A model generated the notes under the pieces. It had not been told where the DNA came from and ran no database searches. It was given only the letters and a program-made list of their open reading frames with translations. Source: Pristiophorus japonicus (lineage: Eukaryota). Taken from it: a stretch of 64,000 nt of DNA. Location of the stretch: contig NC_091979.1 in the NCBI RefSeq assembly GCF_044704955.1, forward strand, positions 84,320,001 to 84,384,000, written 5' to 3'. How positions within the stretch are numbered: the stretch's first letter is position 1; each line of letters starts with the position of its first letter. The position numbers and the translations under genes were made by a program. Shown in pieces: positions 12,596 to 24,710 of the stretch.

Positions 12596-13192
12596 AGAAC
12601 ATAAGAACATACGAAATAGGAGCAGGAGTAGGCCATTTGGCCCTCTGAATCTGCTCTGCCTTTCAACAAGATCACGGCTGATTTTCTACCTCAACTCCAC
12701 CTTCCTGCAGTTTCACCATATCCCTTAATTCCCATAATATTTATCAACCTCTGTCTTGAGTACACTCAATGACTGAGCATCCACTGCTCTCCGGGGTAGA
12801 AAATTCCAAAGATTCACAACCCTTTGAGTGAAGAAATTTCATCTCCTTTCAGTCCTAACTCGCCGACACTTTATTCTGAGACTATGACCCCATGTTCCAG
12901 ATCCCCCAGCCAGGGGAATATTTTCCATCATTAACCCTGTCAAGCCCCTTAAGAATTTTATATGTTTCAACGAGATCACATCTTATTCTTCTAAACTCTA
13001 AGGAATATAGGCCTTGTTTCCTCAATCTCTCCTCATTGTGCAATCCCTTCATCCCAGGAACCAGTATAGTGAATCTTTGTTGCGCTCTCTCGAAGGCAAG
13101 TATGACTTTCCTGAAGCAAGGAGACCAGAGTTGTACACGGTACTCCAGGTGTGGCCTCACCAATGCCTTGTATAATTATAGTAAGACATCTT
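12596..13192 (-). mobile_element. CR1 LINE 3' fragment
   Basis: aagaacataagaacat tail. ORF 12882-13163 reads VRPHLEYRVQLWSP...QGLYSLEFRRIRCDLVETYKIL. Confidence 0.9.
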
Positions 13193-13849
13193 GGGGCCGA
13201 AATTTCCCCTTTCTATAAGAGCCGTGACCGTCTCAAAGAGGCGGCCATAGGTCAGTAAGGACTCATCACTCGGTCGATGCAGAGGGGCCGCCATTTTGAA
13301 AATTGCCCTCCTTTATTTTTGGAGTGATCCCGCCCCGTCGGGAACGTGCCAACCCTTACCGACCGGAGCAGATCAGCCACCGTTCGGTGCCCGCGACACC
13401 TTTCCCCGGCAGGAAGCATCTGGCGGCTGGGCGGTGAGTATGCCCTTAAAAGGGCGGCTGCTCTGCTGCGGCTGCCATTTCACTTTAATTGTCTGCCGAC
13501 TGCCAGGTCGACCCCGACATTGGTGGCCACGGGTTCAGCCGTGCCACAAACAGGTAGCCTGGCACCTGCTCTTGGGTACCGGGCCACTGGCCTGGCCGAA
13601 ACCTTCCCTGGTGGCCCAGCTTTTGTCACTGAAGTGGCTGTTGAGTTCGCAGTCGCCCTTCCCCTTTAACTGAAAGCTGTTCCGATCCGCCCGCACTTCT
13701 ACCTCGCTAACGACCCCACATCCCTCCCGCTCCAAAAAAAAACAAAGAGCAGAATTTCCCCGGATTGTCCGCTCCATGCACTGCGATGGACTGAACACTT
13801 AAAAAACGGAAAGTGCACCCCGTTTGGGACAGAGGGCAATTTCGGCCCC
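13193..13849. mobile_element. PIF/Harbinger-like MITE inserted in CR1
   Basis: CTT|GGGGCCGAAATTTCCC ... GGGCAATTTCGGCCCC|CTT. Removing it restores the CR1-like sequence acatctttactctta. Confidence 0.8.
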
Positions 13850-13860
13850 CTTTACTCTTA

Positions 13861-14165
13861 GGGGCCAAAATTGCCCCTTTTCATAGACCCATTAGCGCCA
13901 TTGGGGGGCTGCTAACAGGGCGCAATAGTGTTTTTGCCCAGGAGCTGGGGGGTGATTGCGCCTCCAATAAAATTGCCCCGGAGGTTTGGGGAGGGCACTA
14001 TCCCGGTAACGCCGCACCCTGCGATTAGCGCCCCGGGCCAGCACACACCCGGCGATGATGTCATCAACGTGCATGCCGACCCCGTACCGCCCCACACAGA
14101 CCCTTTTGCCTCCCATGGGGGAAATTGCCCAGTGGGCCACGAGACTGGCGCGGGCGGAGGAAACT
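13861..14165. mobile_element. Partial Harbinger-like MITE
   Basis: Starts GGGGCCAAAATTGCCCC. Related to 32827-32975. No right TIR found. Confidence 0.6.
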
Positions 14166-15063
14166 AACAAAGGTATTACCCTTGTTACATGCGCTTCTAA
14201 TTTCCTGATTTTTACTGTGCCCTACATTACCACTACTGTTTGGGGGCCTATAAACAACTTCCACCGATGTTTTCTGTTCCGTGCTGTTTCTTAGCTCCAC
14301 CCAAACTGATTCTACTTCTTGATTTTCTGAGCCAAGATCCTTTCCCTCTACTGTCTTTATCCCATCCTTTATTATCAGGGCTACCCCTCCTCCTTTTCCA
14401 TTTTGCCTATCTCTTCTAAAAGTTAAGTATCCTAGAATATTTTGTTCGCAACCGTGGCCATTTGCAACCATGTCTCCGTAATGGCTATTGGATCAAACCT
14501 ATTAATTTCTATCTGCGCTGTTAATTCATCTATTTTGTTGTGAATGCTTCGTGTATTCAGATATGGTGCCTTTAGCTTTGACTTTTTTCTATTTTTCCCT
14601 GATGACACTTTAGTCTAGTCACTGAGGCCCTATTACCTTTGTTAGTTTCTCTGTCGCTTTCCGACACACTGCTTATTTTTACCCCAAACTCTGCTCTAGA
14701 GTCTTGACATTTACCTTTACTCTTTCCTGAATCCTTCCAACCACCCCTTCATTACTTTAAAGTCTTGTCTACTGGCCTAGTTATTTCATTCACCAGGACA
14801 CTGGATCCAGTCCAGTTTAAGTGGAACCCGTCCCAACAGAACAGCTCCCTCTTACCCCAGTACTGGTGGCAGTGGCGAAACCTCTGATTCTCACACCATT
14901 CTTTCAGCCACGCATTTAACCTTCTAATCTGCTTATCCCTATGGCAATTGGCACACGGCCCAGGTAGCAATCCAAAGATTATTACCTTTGAGGTTCTGCT
15001 TTTTAATTTGGACACCAACTCCATAAACACTCTCAGTAGAACCTCATTCCCAGTTCTGCTTAT
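14166..15063 (-). pseudogene. CR1 LINE: ORF1 SGNH-esterase C-terminal half and ORF2 AP-endonuclease N-terminus
   Basis: KLKSRTSKVIIFGLLP...LNAWLKEWC...DGFHLN (esterase) and FRRDRQNGKGGGVALII...ESVWVELRN...VYRPPNS (endonuclease). Confidence 0.88.
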
Positions 15064-15420
15064 AAGAACATAAGAGCATAAGAAATATGAGCAGGGGTAG
15101 GCCATTTGGCCCCTCGAGCCTGCTCCACCATTCAATAAGATCATGGCTGATCTGATCATAGACTCAGCTCCACTTCTTGCCCGCTCCCCATAACCCTTTA
15201 TTCCCTTATCGCTCAAAAATTTGTCAATCGCCGCCTTAAATGTATTCAATGACCCAGCCTCCACACCTCTCTGGGGCAGAGAATTCCATAGATTTACAAC
15301 CCTCTGAGACAAGAAATTCCTCCTCATAGTTTTAAATGGCCTGCCCCTTATTCTGAGACTGTGCCCCCTAGTTTTAGTTTTCCCCATGAGTGGAAATAGC
15401 CTCTCTGCATTCACTGTGTC

Positions 15421-15667
15421 TGTAAAGTCCTGTCCCCTCAGTACAGATTCACACGAGGCATGTAGTGAAGTCAAGGTCACTCTGGACCTGCACCTTTATT
15501 TCACAGCTCTGGAATGCTGCACTTGCCTGAGACCTGTCCTTATATACCTGTCTCTTGTAAGTGCACCCCTGGTGGTAAGGTATGCTGGTGGTTACAGGTC
15601 ATATCTATTACAGTCATGTATAGCATGTTAGGATACAGTTATATATAATAATGTAAGATACATGACA
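15421..15667 (-). repeat. 3' LTR of Gypsy element 1 (247 bp)
   Basis: Differs from 19838-20085 by 3 substitutions and 1 indel (manual comparison). The adjacent PPT reads ttgggggagggtga on the minus strand (15668-15681). Confidence 0.97.
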
Positions 15668-15694
15668 TCACCCTCCCCCAAGGTCTTATTGTCT

Positions 15695-18600
15695 TTATAG
15701 GTGGTCTACACTCTCGCGTGGAGTGTCTGAGTTGTGGTTCAGTTGTTTGCCTTGGTGTCTGTTTTTCTTTGGGTGTGGTTGCTGTATCTCGCCTGGGCTG
15801 TCTGTTTCGATTGGTGTGGTTGTTGTTGATTCGCCTGGGCTGTCTGTTGGGATTGCCCTTTCCTCAGGTTGTTCCCTCTGTCTGTCCACCAGGTGTGGTG
15901 CGAGTTCCACATTGTAGTCTGCCTCTGGTTCCGCAGTGTTGTTGGTAAATCTGCTTTTGACTTGGTCTACATGCCTCCGGCAGATTTTGCCATTGCCCAT
16001 TTGTACTACCAGTAGCCTGTTTCCTTCCTTGCCCGTTACTGTCCCTGCAAGCCATTTGGGACCCCTGCCATAGTTTAGTACAAACACTTTGCCCCCTATC
16101 TCAGTCCATCTACCCCTCGAATTTCTGTCATGGTACTCAGTCAGCTTACGGCGCTTTGCCTCAACGATTTTGTGCATGTCTGGGAGGATTAATGAGAGCC
16201 TTGTTTTTCAAGTCCTTTTCATCAACAGTTGCGCGGGGGGGATCCCAGTCAATGAGTGCGGACGAGATCAGTATGCCAGCAGCAGTCGTGACAGGCGACC
16301 CTGCAGCGTGGGACCTTGGATTTTAAGCATGCCTTGTTTAATGATTTGCACTGCTCTCTCCGCCTGGCCGTTGAAGGCCGGCTTGAACGGTGCCGTCTTG
16401 ACGTGATTTATGCCGTGGTCAATTATAAAGTCTTGGAATTCTGCGCTGGTGAAGCACGGACCATTGCAAACATGGTTGCGAGGCTCTCCACAGTGGTGGA
16501 GGTTGTGCTCGAGTTTAAAATGGTGCATTCGATACACTTTGAAAATGCATCTACAACTACGTGGAACATTTTGCCCATGAATGGGCCCGCATAGTCTATG
16601 TGCACCCATGACCACGGTTTGGTAGGCCAGGGGCTCAGTGAAGCCTCCCTGGGGGCATTGCGTAGTTGGGCACAAATGGTGCACCTTCGGACGCAGAGCT
16701 CCAAGTCCGCATCAATACCAGGCCACCAGACGTGGGATCTGGCTATGGCCTTAATGAGAATGATCCCCGGGTGCTCGCGGTGGAGCTCCCGGACAAATGC
16801 CTCTCTGCCTCGCAGAGGCATGACTACTCGGCTGCCCCACATCAGGCAGTCTGCTTGTAGTGATAGCTTATGCATGCGCCTGTGAAAGGGTTTTAATTCC
16901 TCGGGGCAGGCATCGCGAGCCTCTGCCCAGTCACCGGTTAGGACACATCTTTTTACTAAGGATAACATGGGGTCGCTGGCCGTCCAGGCTCTCATTTGGC
17001 AAGCCGTCATGGGCGAACCTGTGGACTCAAAGGCATTGATTGCCATGACTATCTCACAGTCCTGTTCATCAGACCCTTCCGTGGTCGCCAGAGGTAGCCT
17101 GCTGAGCGCGTCGGCACAGTTGTCTGTGCCTGGTCTGTGCCTTATTGTGTAGTCGTAGGACGCCAGCATGAGTGCCCACCGTTGAATTCACGCCGAGGCA
17201 TTGCCATTTATTGCCTTGCTCTCGGATAGGAGGAACGTGAGGGGCTTGTGGTCGGTTTCTAACGCGAACTTGGCCCCGAAAAGATATTGGTGCATCTTTT
17301 TGACACTGTACACGCACGCGAGCGCCTCCTTCTCTACCATTCCGTACCCGCGCTCCGTCCGCGAAAGTGACCTGGAGGCATAAGCTATGGGTTGTAATTT
17401 GCCCGCACTATTGACATGTTGCAAAACGCACCCGACCCCATACGCTGACGCATCGCATGTGAGAACTAGCTTTTACTTGGGTCAAAGAAAGTCAAAACAC
17501 TGTTGGAACACAGAAGGTTGTGTGCCTTATTGAAGGCGCGTTCCTGGGCGTCCCCCCAAAACCAATCGCACCCCTTCCTGAGTAGCACGTGGAGAGGCTC
17601 CAGCAGCGTGCTTAAGTTCTGCATAAAGTTCCCAAAGTAATTGAGTAGCCCGAGGAAGGCGCGCAGTTCTGAGACATTCCGGGGCCTGTGTGCCAGGCGA
17701 ATTGCTTCTGTTTTGGACTCTGTTGGGCGGATTCCATCAGCGGCAATCCTTCTGCCCAAAAATTCAACCTCGGGTGCGAGAAACAGGCACTTGGATTTCT
17801 TGACTCGTAGGCCTACCCGATCCAATCGCTTTAGTACTTCCTTCAAATTACGGAGATGGGAGTCGGTGTCCCTGCCAGTAATATGTATGTCGTCTTGAAA
17901 TACAATCGTCCCTGGGATGGACTTGAGCAGACTCTCCATGTTGCGCTGGAATATGGCAGCTGCCGACCTGATGCTGAATGGACATCGATTGTACATGAAA
18001 AGGCCTCGATGTGTGTTGATGGTGGTGAGTAGCTTGGATTCCTCGGTCAATTCTTGCGTCATATACGCAGATGTGAGGTCTAATTTTGAGAAAAGTTTAC
18101 CTCCAGCCAATGTGGCAAATAAGTCCTCCACTCTGGGCAGCGGGTACTGGTCCTGTAGAGAGACTCTGTTTATGGTAGATTTGTAGTCCCCACAGATTCG
18201 TAAGGATCCATCAGGCTTCATGACTGGGACGATGGGACTTGCCCAGTCACTAAATTCCACAGGTGATATAATGCCTTCCCGCAGAAGCCTGTCTAGTTCA
18301 TGTTCAATCTTTTCCCTCATCACATAGGGTACAGCTCTGGCCTTGTGATGGACCGGTCTAGCATCTTGTGTGATGTAGATTTTGACTTTGGCCCATTTGA
18401 AAGTGCCCACACCTGGCTGAAAGAGATGTTCAAATTGCTTTATAACTGTTGAGCAGGAGGTCCGTTCCTCTAATGACATGGCATGGACATCATCCCATTT
18501 CCAGTTTAGTTTTGCCAGCCAGCTTCTCCCCAGTAGTGCTGGGGGGTCTCCAGGGACAATCCATAGGGGAAGTCGGTTCACCGACCCTTTGTGTGTGACA

Positions 18601-19802
18601 GAGAGCATGGCGCTGCCGAGGATTGGTACGATTTCTTTGGTATAGGTCCTTGGTGTGGTGCCGACCCTTGTGAGTTTTGATCTGTCTCTTTTATGCAGCC
18701 ACAGTTGTTCAAATTGTTGAGCGCCCATGAGAGATTGACTCACTCCCGTATCCAGCTCCATGTTGACAGATATCCCGTTGAGTAGGACCCTCATCATTAT
18801 AGGAGGCGTCCTGTTGTAGGAGCAGCGGCCATTGTCGTGTTGACCCGCTGTACATCGGTGTCCCGGGTACTGTCCCAACTTCTTCTGGTCCGCTTTCCGA
18901 CCCATCCGATTAGTATACCAGCCGAGCTGCCGTTTTTTTGCACATGTGGGCCAAATGCCCTGTATATTCACAATTTCTGCAAACAGCCTGCTGAAATCGA
19001 CATCCCCTTGACGAGTGCCCATCCCCACACCTCCAGCACAGACCTGTTCTATTGTTTAAAGTGTTCCCAAAGAATGAGCTGCGTCTGGCTGATCTCTCTT
19101 GAGCTTCTCTCAGTTTGTAGTTGATTGCTTGCATTGTGGGTTGATGAGGTGTGAATGGTCGTTTCTGTGGCCCTTGATGGCTTCTGCCTGCCGTCGAGAG
19201 CCTGTTCTCCCGGTTTTGTCTGTGTGTGGGTGTAGCAGCTTGTTTAGTGCTGTGAACTTCTTGTTCTGATATTTCGTTAGTTGTCGTACCTGCATTGTAA
19301 ATCAACCTCGTTTCTTCTTCCCCTACCAAGAATGTCTGTGCAACCAGTGCTGCTGCCTCTAAGGTCTCTATGAGCTTTCGGAATATGTCTGCATGGCCTA
19401 TTCCTTCAATGAAAAACTCTCTCAGCATTTCTCTCCTCAGTTCATCGGAGAACGCATATAAAATAGCCAACCTCCGAAGTCGGGTATGCTCTGGCCCATA
19501 CAACGTCTGTAGTTGTAGAACCTGTGTCTGGCCATGTGTAGGATGCTCGCTGGCTTCAGGTGGTCTCTTACCAGTGTGCTCAATTCTTCAAATGACTTGC
19601 TTGCTGGTTTCTCGGGTGCCAACAGATCCTTCATTAAAGCGTATGTTTTCGAGCCACAGCTGGTCAAGAGATGGGCTCTTCTCTTGTCTGTCTTATCGTC
19701 GCCTAACCAGTGTTTGGTTACAAAGCTTTGCTGGAGCCTTTCTATAAAGTCCTCCCAATTGTCTTCCGCATTGTACTTTTCATCTGATCCGTTGTTCGCC
19801 AT
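15695..19802 (-). pseudogene. gag-pol polyprotein (frameshifted) of Gypsy element 1
   Basis: gag MANNGSDEKY...; zinc knuckles CWRCGDGH and CRNCEYTGHLAHMC; protease ELDTG; RT ICGDYK...VFQDD; RNase H EKEALA...TDHKPL; integrase HREHPG...CTIC and HIDYAGPF. Spread over at least 7 ORF pieces. Confidence 0.93.
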
Positions 19803-19817
19803 TCTGTGGATTCTGTA

Positions 19818-19836
19818 ATCCCGTAACTCGTCGCCA
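19818..19836 (-). other. Primer-binding site (tRNA-Ser(GCT)-like)
   Basis: Minus strand TGGCGACGAGTTACGGGATT next to the 5' LTR, compared with the complement of the vertebrate tRNA-Ser(GCT) 3' end, TGGCGACGAGGATGGGATT. Confidence 0.75.
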
Positions 19837-19837
19837 C

Positions 19838-20085
19838 TGTAAAGTCCTGTCCCCTCAGTACAGATTCACACGAGGCATGTAGTGAAGTCAAGGTCACTCT
19901 GGACCTGCACCTTTATTTCACAGCTCTGGAATGCTGCACTTGCCTGAGACCTGTCCTTATATACCTGTCTCTTGCAAGTGCACCCCTGGTGGTAAGGTAT
20001 GCAGGTGGTTACAGGTCATATCTTATTATAGTCATGTATAGCATGTTAGGATACAGTTATATATAATAATGTAAGATACATGACA
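19838..20085 (-). repeat. 5' LTR of Gypsy element 1 (248 bp)
   Basis: Direct repeat of 15421-15667. Confidence 0.97.
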
Positions 20086-21057
20086 GTGTCGAGTCCTCAC
20101 ATTATTTTATATGTTTCGATAAGATCACCTCTCATTCTTCTGAACTCCAATGAGTATAGTACCACCCTACTCAACCTATCTTCATAAGTCAACCCCCTCA
20201 TCTCCGGAATCAACCTAGTGAACCTTCTCTGAACAGCCTCCAATGCAACTATATCCTTCATTAAATATGGAGACCAAAATGGTATACAGTACTCTAGTTG
20301 TGGCCTCATGAATATCCTGTACAGTTGTAGCAGAACTTCTCTTTTATACTCTATCCCCCTTGCAATAAAGGCCAACATTCCATTTGCCTTCCTGATTACT
20401 TGCTGAACCTGCAAACTAACATTTTGTGTTTCATGCACAAGGACTCCCAGGTCCCTCTGTACTGCAACACTTTGCAATTTGTCTCCATTTAAATTATAAT
20501 TTGCTTTTCTATTTTTTCTGCCAATGTGGATAACCTCACATTTTCCCACATTATGCCCTATCTACCAAATTTTTGTCCACTCACTTAGTCTATCTATATC
20601 CCCTTTGCAGATTTCTTGTGACCTCCTCAAAATTTGCTCTCCCACCCTTCTTTGTATCATCAGCAAACTTGGCTACATTATACTAGGTCCTTTCATCCAA
20701 GTCATTAATATAGATTGTAAATAGTTGAGGCCCTAGCACCAATCCCTGTGGTACCCCACTAGTTATTGTTTGCCAACCGGAAAATGACACGTTTATCCGA
20801 ACTCTCTGTTTTCTGTTAGTTAGCCAATCCTCTATCCATGCTAATATATTACTCCCAACCTCGTGAACTCTTATCTTGTGCAGTAACCTTTTATGTGGCA
20901 CCTTATCGAATGCCTTCTGGAAATCCAAGTACACCACATCCACTAGTTCCGTCTCATCCACCCTGCTCATTACATCCTCAAAGAACTCCAACAAATTTGT
21001 CAAACATGATTTCCCTTTCATAAAACCACATTGACTCTGCTTGATTGCATCATGCTT

Positions 21058-21300
21058 TTACACCCAGAGAATTGTGAACCTATGGAATTCTCTACCACAG
21101 AAAGTTGTTGAGTCCAGTTCGTTAGATATATTCAAAAGGGAGTTAGATGTGGCCCTTACTGCTAAAGGAATCAAGGGGTGTGGAGAGAAGGCAGGAGTGG
21201 GGTACTGAAGTTGTATGATCAGCCATGATCATATTGAATGGTGGTGCAGGCTTGAAGGGCCGAATGGCCTGCTCCTGCACCTATTTTCTATGTTTCTATG
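21058..21300 (+). mobile_element. Short CR1 3' fragment (TTTCTATG-tail subfamily) inserted antisense in CR1
   Basis: cacccagagaattgtgaacctatggaattc...cctgcacctattttctatgtttctatg. The host element resumes at ttttccaaatgtcc. Confidence 0.88.
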
Positions 21301-22228
21301 TTTTCCAAATGTCCTGCTACTGCTTCCTTAATAATGGACTCCAGCATTTTCCCAACAACAGATGTTAGGCTAACTGGTCTATAGTTTCCTGCTTTTTGTC
21401 TGCCTCCTTTTTTAAATAGGGGCATTACATTTGCGGTTTTCCAATCCGCTGGGACCTCCCCAGAATCCAGGGAATTTTGGTAGGTTAAAACCAATGCATC
21501 CACTATCTCTGCAGCCACTTCTTTTAAGACCCTAGGATGCAAGCCATCAGGTCCAGGGGACTTGTACGCCTTTAGGCCCAATATTTTACCGAGTACTACT
21601 TCTTTAGTGATAGTTAATGTATTAAGTTCCTCCCTCCCTATAGCCCCTTGATCATTCACTATTGGGATGTTTTTAGTATCTTCCACCGTGAAGACCGATA
21701 CAAAATATTTGTTTGAAGTCTGTGCCATTTCCCTGTTCTCCATTATTAATTCCCTAGTCTCTTCCTCTAAGGGACTAACATTTACTTTAGTCACTCTTTT
21801 CCTTTTTATGTACCTGTAGAAACTCTTACTATCTGTTTTTATATTTCGTGCCAGTTTGCTTTCATAATCTATCTTTTCTCTCTTTATTATTTTTTAGTGG
21901 TTCTTTGCTGGCTTTTAAAAGTTCCCCAATCCTCTGGCCTCTCACTAGTCTTGGCCACTTTGTTGCCCTTATTTCCTTAGTTAGCCATGGATGGTTATCC
22001 CTTCTCTTAGAGTCATTCCTTCTCATCGGAATATATTTTTGTTGAGAGTTATCTCCTTAAATGTCTGCCACCGCTCATCAACTGTCCCACACTTTAATCT
22101 ATTTTCCCAGTCCACTTTAGCCAACTCTGCCTTCAACCTTTGTAGTCTCCTTTGTTTAAGCTCAGGACACTGGTTTGAGATCCAACTTTCTCACCCTCCA
22201 ATTGAATTTGAAATTCAACCATGCTATA

Positions 22229-22770
22229 TTCAGGATGACTTGCTTCCATGTCAAAAAGTTCACAGGTGTTTCAATGATGGACCTAAAATTCCAGGTCCGA
22301 ACTAAATCTTGAAAGGTGGAAGATGCCTGTGCTTGGATTTTTTTTAACATGTGGTAGCCGTTGCACACCAGCCACCACACAGGCTTGACAGAGCTAGGTC
22401 TTGGTCCTGTAGCAAGGATTAACCAAGACAACTGGAGACCTGCTCTGCTGCACGGACCTAGTGCGCACACATATCACAGTGTGGGCTGGTCCGTGCTGCT
22501 CCTGGGCCCTCGCCTCTTCTGGGCCCCGAACTCGCGCCTCTCCTGGGCCCTGATCACGTCCCTCTACAATCTCTCGCCGCTCCTTCGCCCCGATCCCGCC
22601 GCTCCTGATGTACCTGCCCACGCTCCAATCACCGACCTGGACCTTGGTGACGTCCCTTTTCACTGCCGTTGCTCTCCTGTTCCAGCACGTGCTGCTCCCT
22701 GGAGTGGTATGTTGCCATGCTGTTCCTTCCGCTCCCCGGCTCCCGCTCCAATGGTGCTCGCAGGCCTTTT
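22229..22770 (-). mobile_element. RTE-tailed non-autonomous retroelement (SINE-like), copy 1
   Basis: Begins ggatgacttgcttcca, the reverse complement of the RTE 3' UTR. Body shared with 46000-46827 and 58795-59369. Confidence 0.85.
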
Positions 22771-23110
22771 GAGAGAGAGAGCCTTTTGTGGGGGAGGGGG
22801 GGGGGGGGAGGGGGGAGGTGAGCAGGAGAGAGAGAGCCTTTGGGGTGGGGGGGGGGGTGTTGAGCGTGAGAGAGAACGAGATAGAGCCTTTGCGGGGGGT
22901 GGGGGGGGGGGGAGGTGAGCGGGAGAGAGAGAGAGAGAGAGCCTTTGGGGGGGGTGGTGAGCGGGAGAGAGAGAGAGCCTTTTGCGGGGGGCGGGGGTGG
23001 TGAGTGGGAGAGAGAGAGTCTTTGAGGCGGCGGGGGGAGAGAGACAGCCTTTGGGAGGGGAAGAGAGCCTTGGGGGGGGGGGGGGGAGGACGAGGGGGAG
23101 AAAGAGAGAG
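22770..23110. repeat. G/GA-rich degenerate tandem repeat (gagagagagcctttt-G-run-ggtgagcggga)
   Basis: Recurring gagagagcctt(t)g separated by poly-G tracts. Confidence 0.9.
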
Positions 23111-23446
23111 GCAGGGTGGTAAGGTTGGGCTTGTGCTTGGGGAAGGGACTTTGGCTGCAGGAGGGATGAGTCTTTTCTGACTTCTGAAGTCAAAACGGAT
23201 CATGTTACAATGTGCAAAGATAGGCTGGGTGGTTCCATTTACACAATCCAAAGAAACTTCAGGGTATGGCTTATCCTCCAAGGGGACCAATCAGAGAAAC
23301 AGCTGCCATACTGTATACAAAGCTTGGGTATGCTGGGAATACAGAACCGCCGTTCATCATTCCATCATAGACACTTGGACTGTCGAGCACCATCGCAGCA
23401 GGCCGGGGAGTGGAAGGAGCAGTGCGGCAGCCTAGCCCAGCAGTCA

Positions 23447-24035
23447 GTCATTCCTACGAGGACCACGACAACTGGATCCTCCCCTTCCCATGCCAAGTTC
23501 TTCTCCAGCCGCGAGGAGATCTCTTTAACCCTGGCACCAGACAGGCAACAAAGCCTTTGGTACTCCCTGTCACAGTTGCAGAGAATAGTATCTATCCCTT
23601 TGACTATATGGTCCCCTACCACTACCACATTCCTTTTTACTCCCCCACTTGAATGGCCTCCTCTACCACGGTGCCGTGGTCAGTTTGCCCATTCTCCCTG
23701 CAGTCCTTGCTCTCATCCATACAGGAAGCAAGTTCCTCATGACTGTTGGACAAGGTCAAGGGCTGAGGCTCCTCCATCACTGTATCCTGGGTGCCCATAC
23801 CTTCTTGACTCGCAGTCACATCCTCCTGTCCCTGACCACTGACTAACTCTAAAGTACTACTTAACCGAAGGGGTGTGACTGCTTTCTCAAACAAAGTGTC
23901 CAGGTAACCCTCCCCTTCCCTGATGCATCACAATGTCTGCAGCTCGGACTCTAGCTCAACAAGTCTGAGCTGAAGTTCCTCGAGCTGCAGGCACTTACCG
24001 CAGATGTGGTTGCTCGGGATCTCGTTGGTCTCCAG
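23447..24035 (-). pseudogene. CR1 ORF1 N-terminal half (Zn-finger/leucine zipper and start of the SGNH esterase)
   Basis: NHICGKCLQLEELQLRLVELESELQTL and VVVGDHIVKGID...CCLSGARVKEISSRLE...DPVVVV. Joins directly to 15063. Confidence 0.85.
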
Positions 24036-24710
24036 CAATTGTGTCTGGAGCAACAGGAGGGCAAAGGTGAGCTCTTAATCTCTCTCAGTGCTACTGTTAT
24101 AGTTGGAGAATGGAGGGATGCAATTGTTGGAGTACAAGCCATCGCATGCAGCAACGTGGGCCATTTGGAAGGCGTGGGATACACAAGGCATATCAGCTCC
24201 TTGCTGCAGAGAAAGTGGAAGATGATCTCAGGTCCTGTCATGTAGAGAAAGATAGTAACAGATATATATGGAAGTTTTGTGTGGCCTCTTCCAAGATGTC
24301 TGGCAGAGGACTGGGATAGCTGTCCTCTGCACTACTGTGCGCCAACATCCGAGAGGTTTCACCGCATTGAAGGGCAGCCTGGAGAAGGTGCCAGCTTCAG
24401 GAACATCTACAAACCTTGACCCACTCATGTGCAATCCAGGCAAGTCCGTCAACTCAATTTAGAGGCACTGAATGAAATATTACAGGACTTGAGGGATTGG
24501 CAGGAGACTCCGATTGGACTACAAATATACAGGATAGCATTTCGAAGAGACTAAAGGATATTTGGTTGAGTTTCCCCCAAGGATTTATGGGTCTTTCTGA
24601 TCCCGTGATGTCCATTCTCCCGCTGGTCACTGGTAACCAGAATCGTGTTTGCAGTACCAGTGGAATAGTTGGTTTGCAGAACCTCAAAGACTGCTGCTCC
24701 TCATGCCAGC

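Larger units (their letters stand above)
15421..20085 (-). mobile_element. Full-length Gypsy/Ty3 (Mag-like) LTR retrotransposon, coding-defective
   Basis: TG...CA LTRs at 15421-15667 and 19838-20085. 5-bp TSD GTGTC (15416-15420, 20086-20090). PBS, PPT and gag-PR-RT-RH-IN order. Confidence 0.97.
15064..22228 (-). mobile_element. 5'-truncated CR1 LINE, interrupted by a Gypsy element and a CR1 3' fragment
   Basis: AAGAACATAAG tail at 15064. ORF2 pieces KSPGPDGLHPRVLKE, NYRPVSLTS, YLDFQKAFDKVPH, GVPQG and RPQLEYC (ORFs 21288-21794, 20683-21021, 20097-20549). Sequence is contiguous across the Gypsy TSD. Confidence 0.92.

Noticed and set aside
14752-15480. 242-aa ORF
   Set aside because: Chance in-frame fusion of a Gypsy LTR, a CR1 3' end and an older CR1 ORF1.
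22394-23290. 298-aa Pro-rich ORF
   Set aside because: Made of a low-complexity CT repeat plus the body of the RTE-tailed element.
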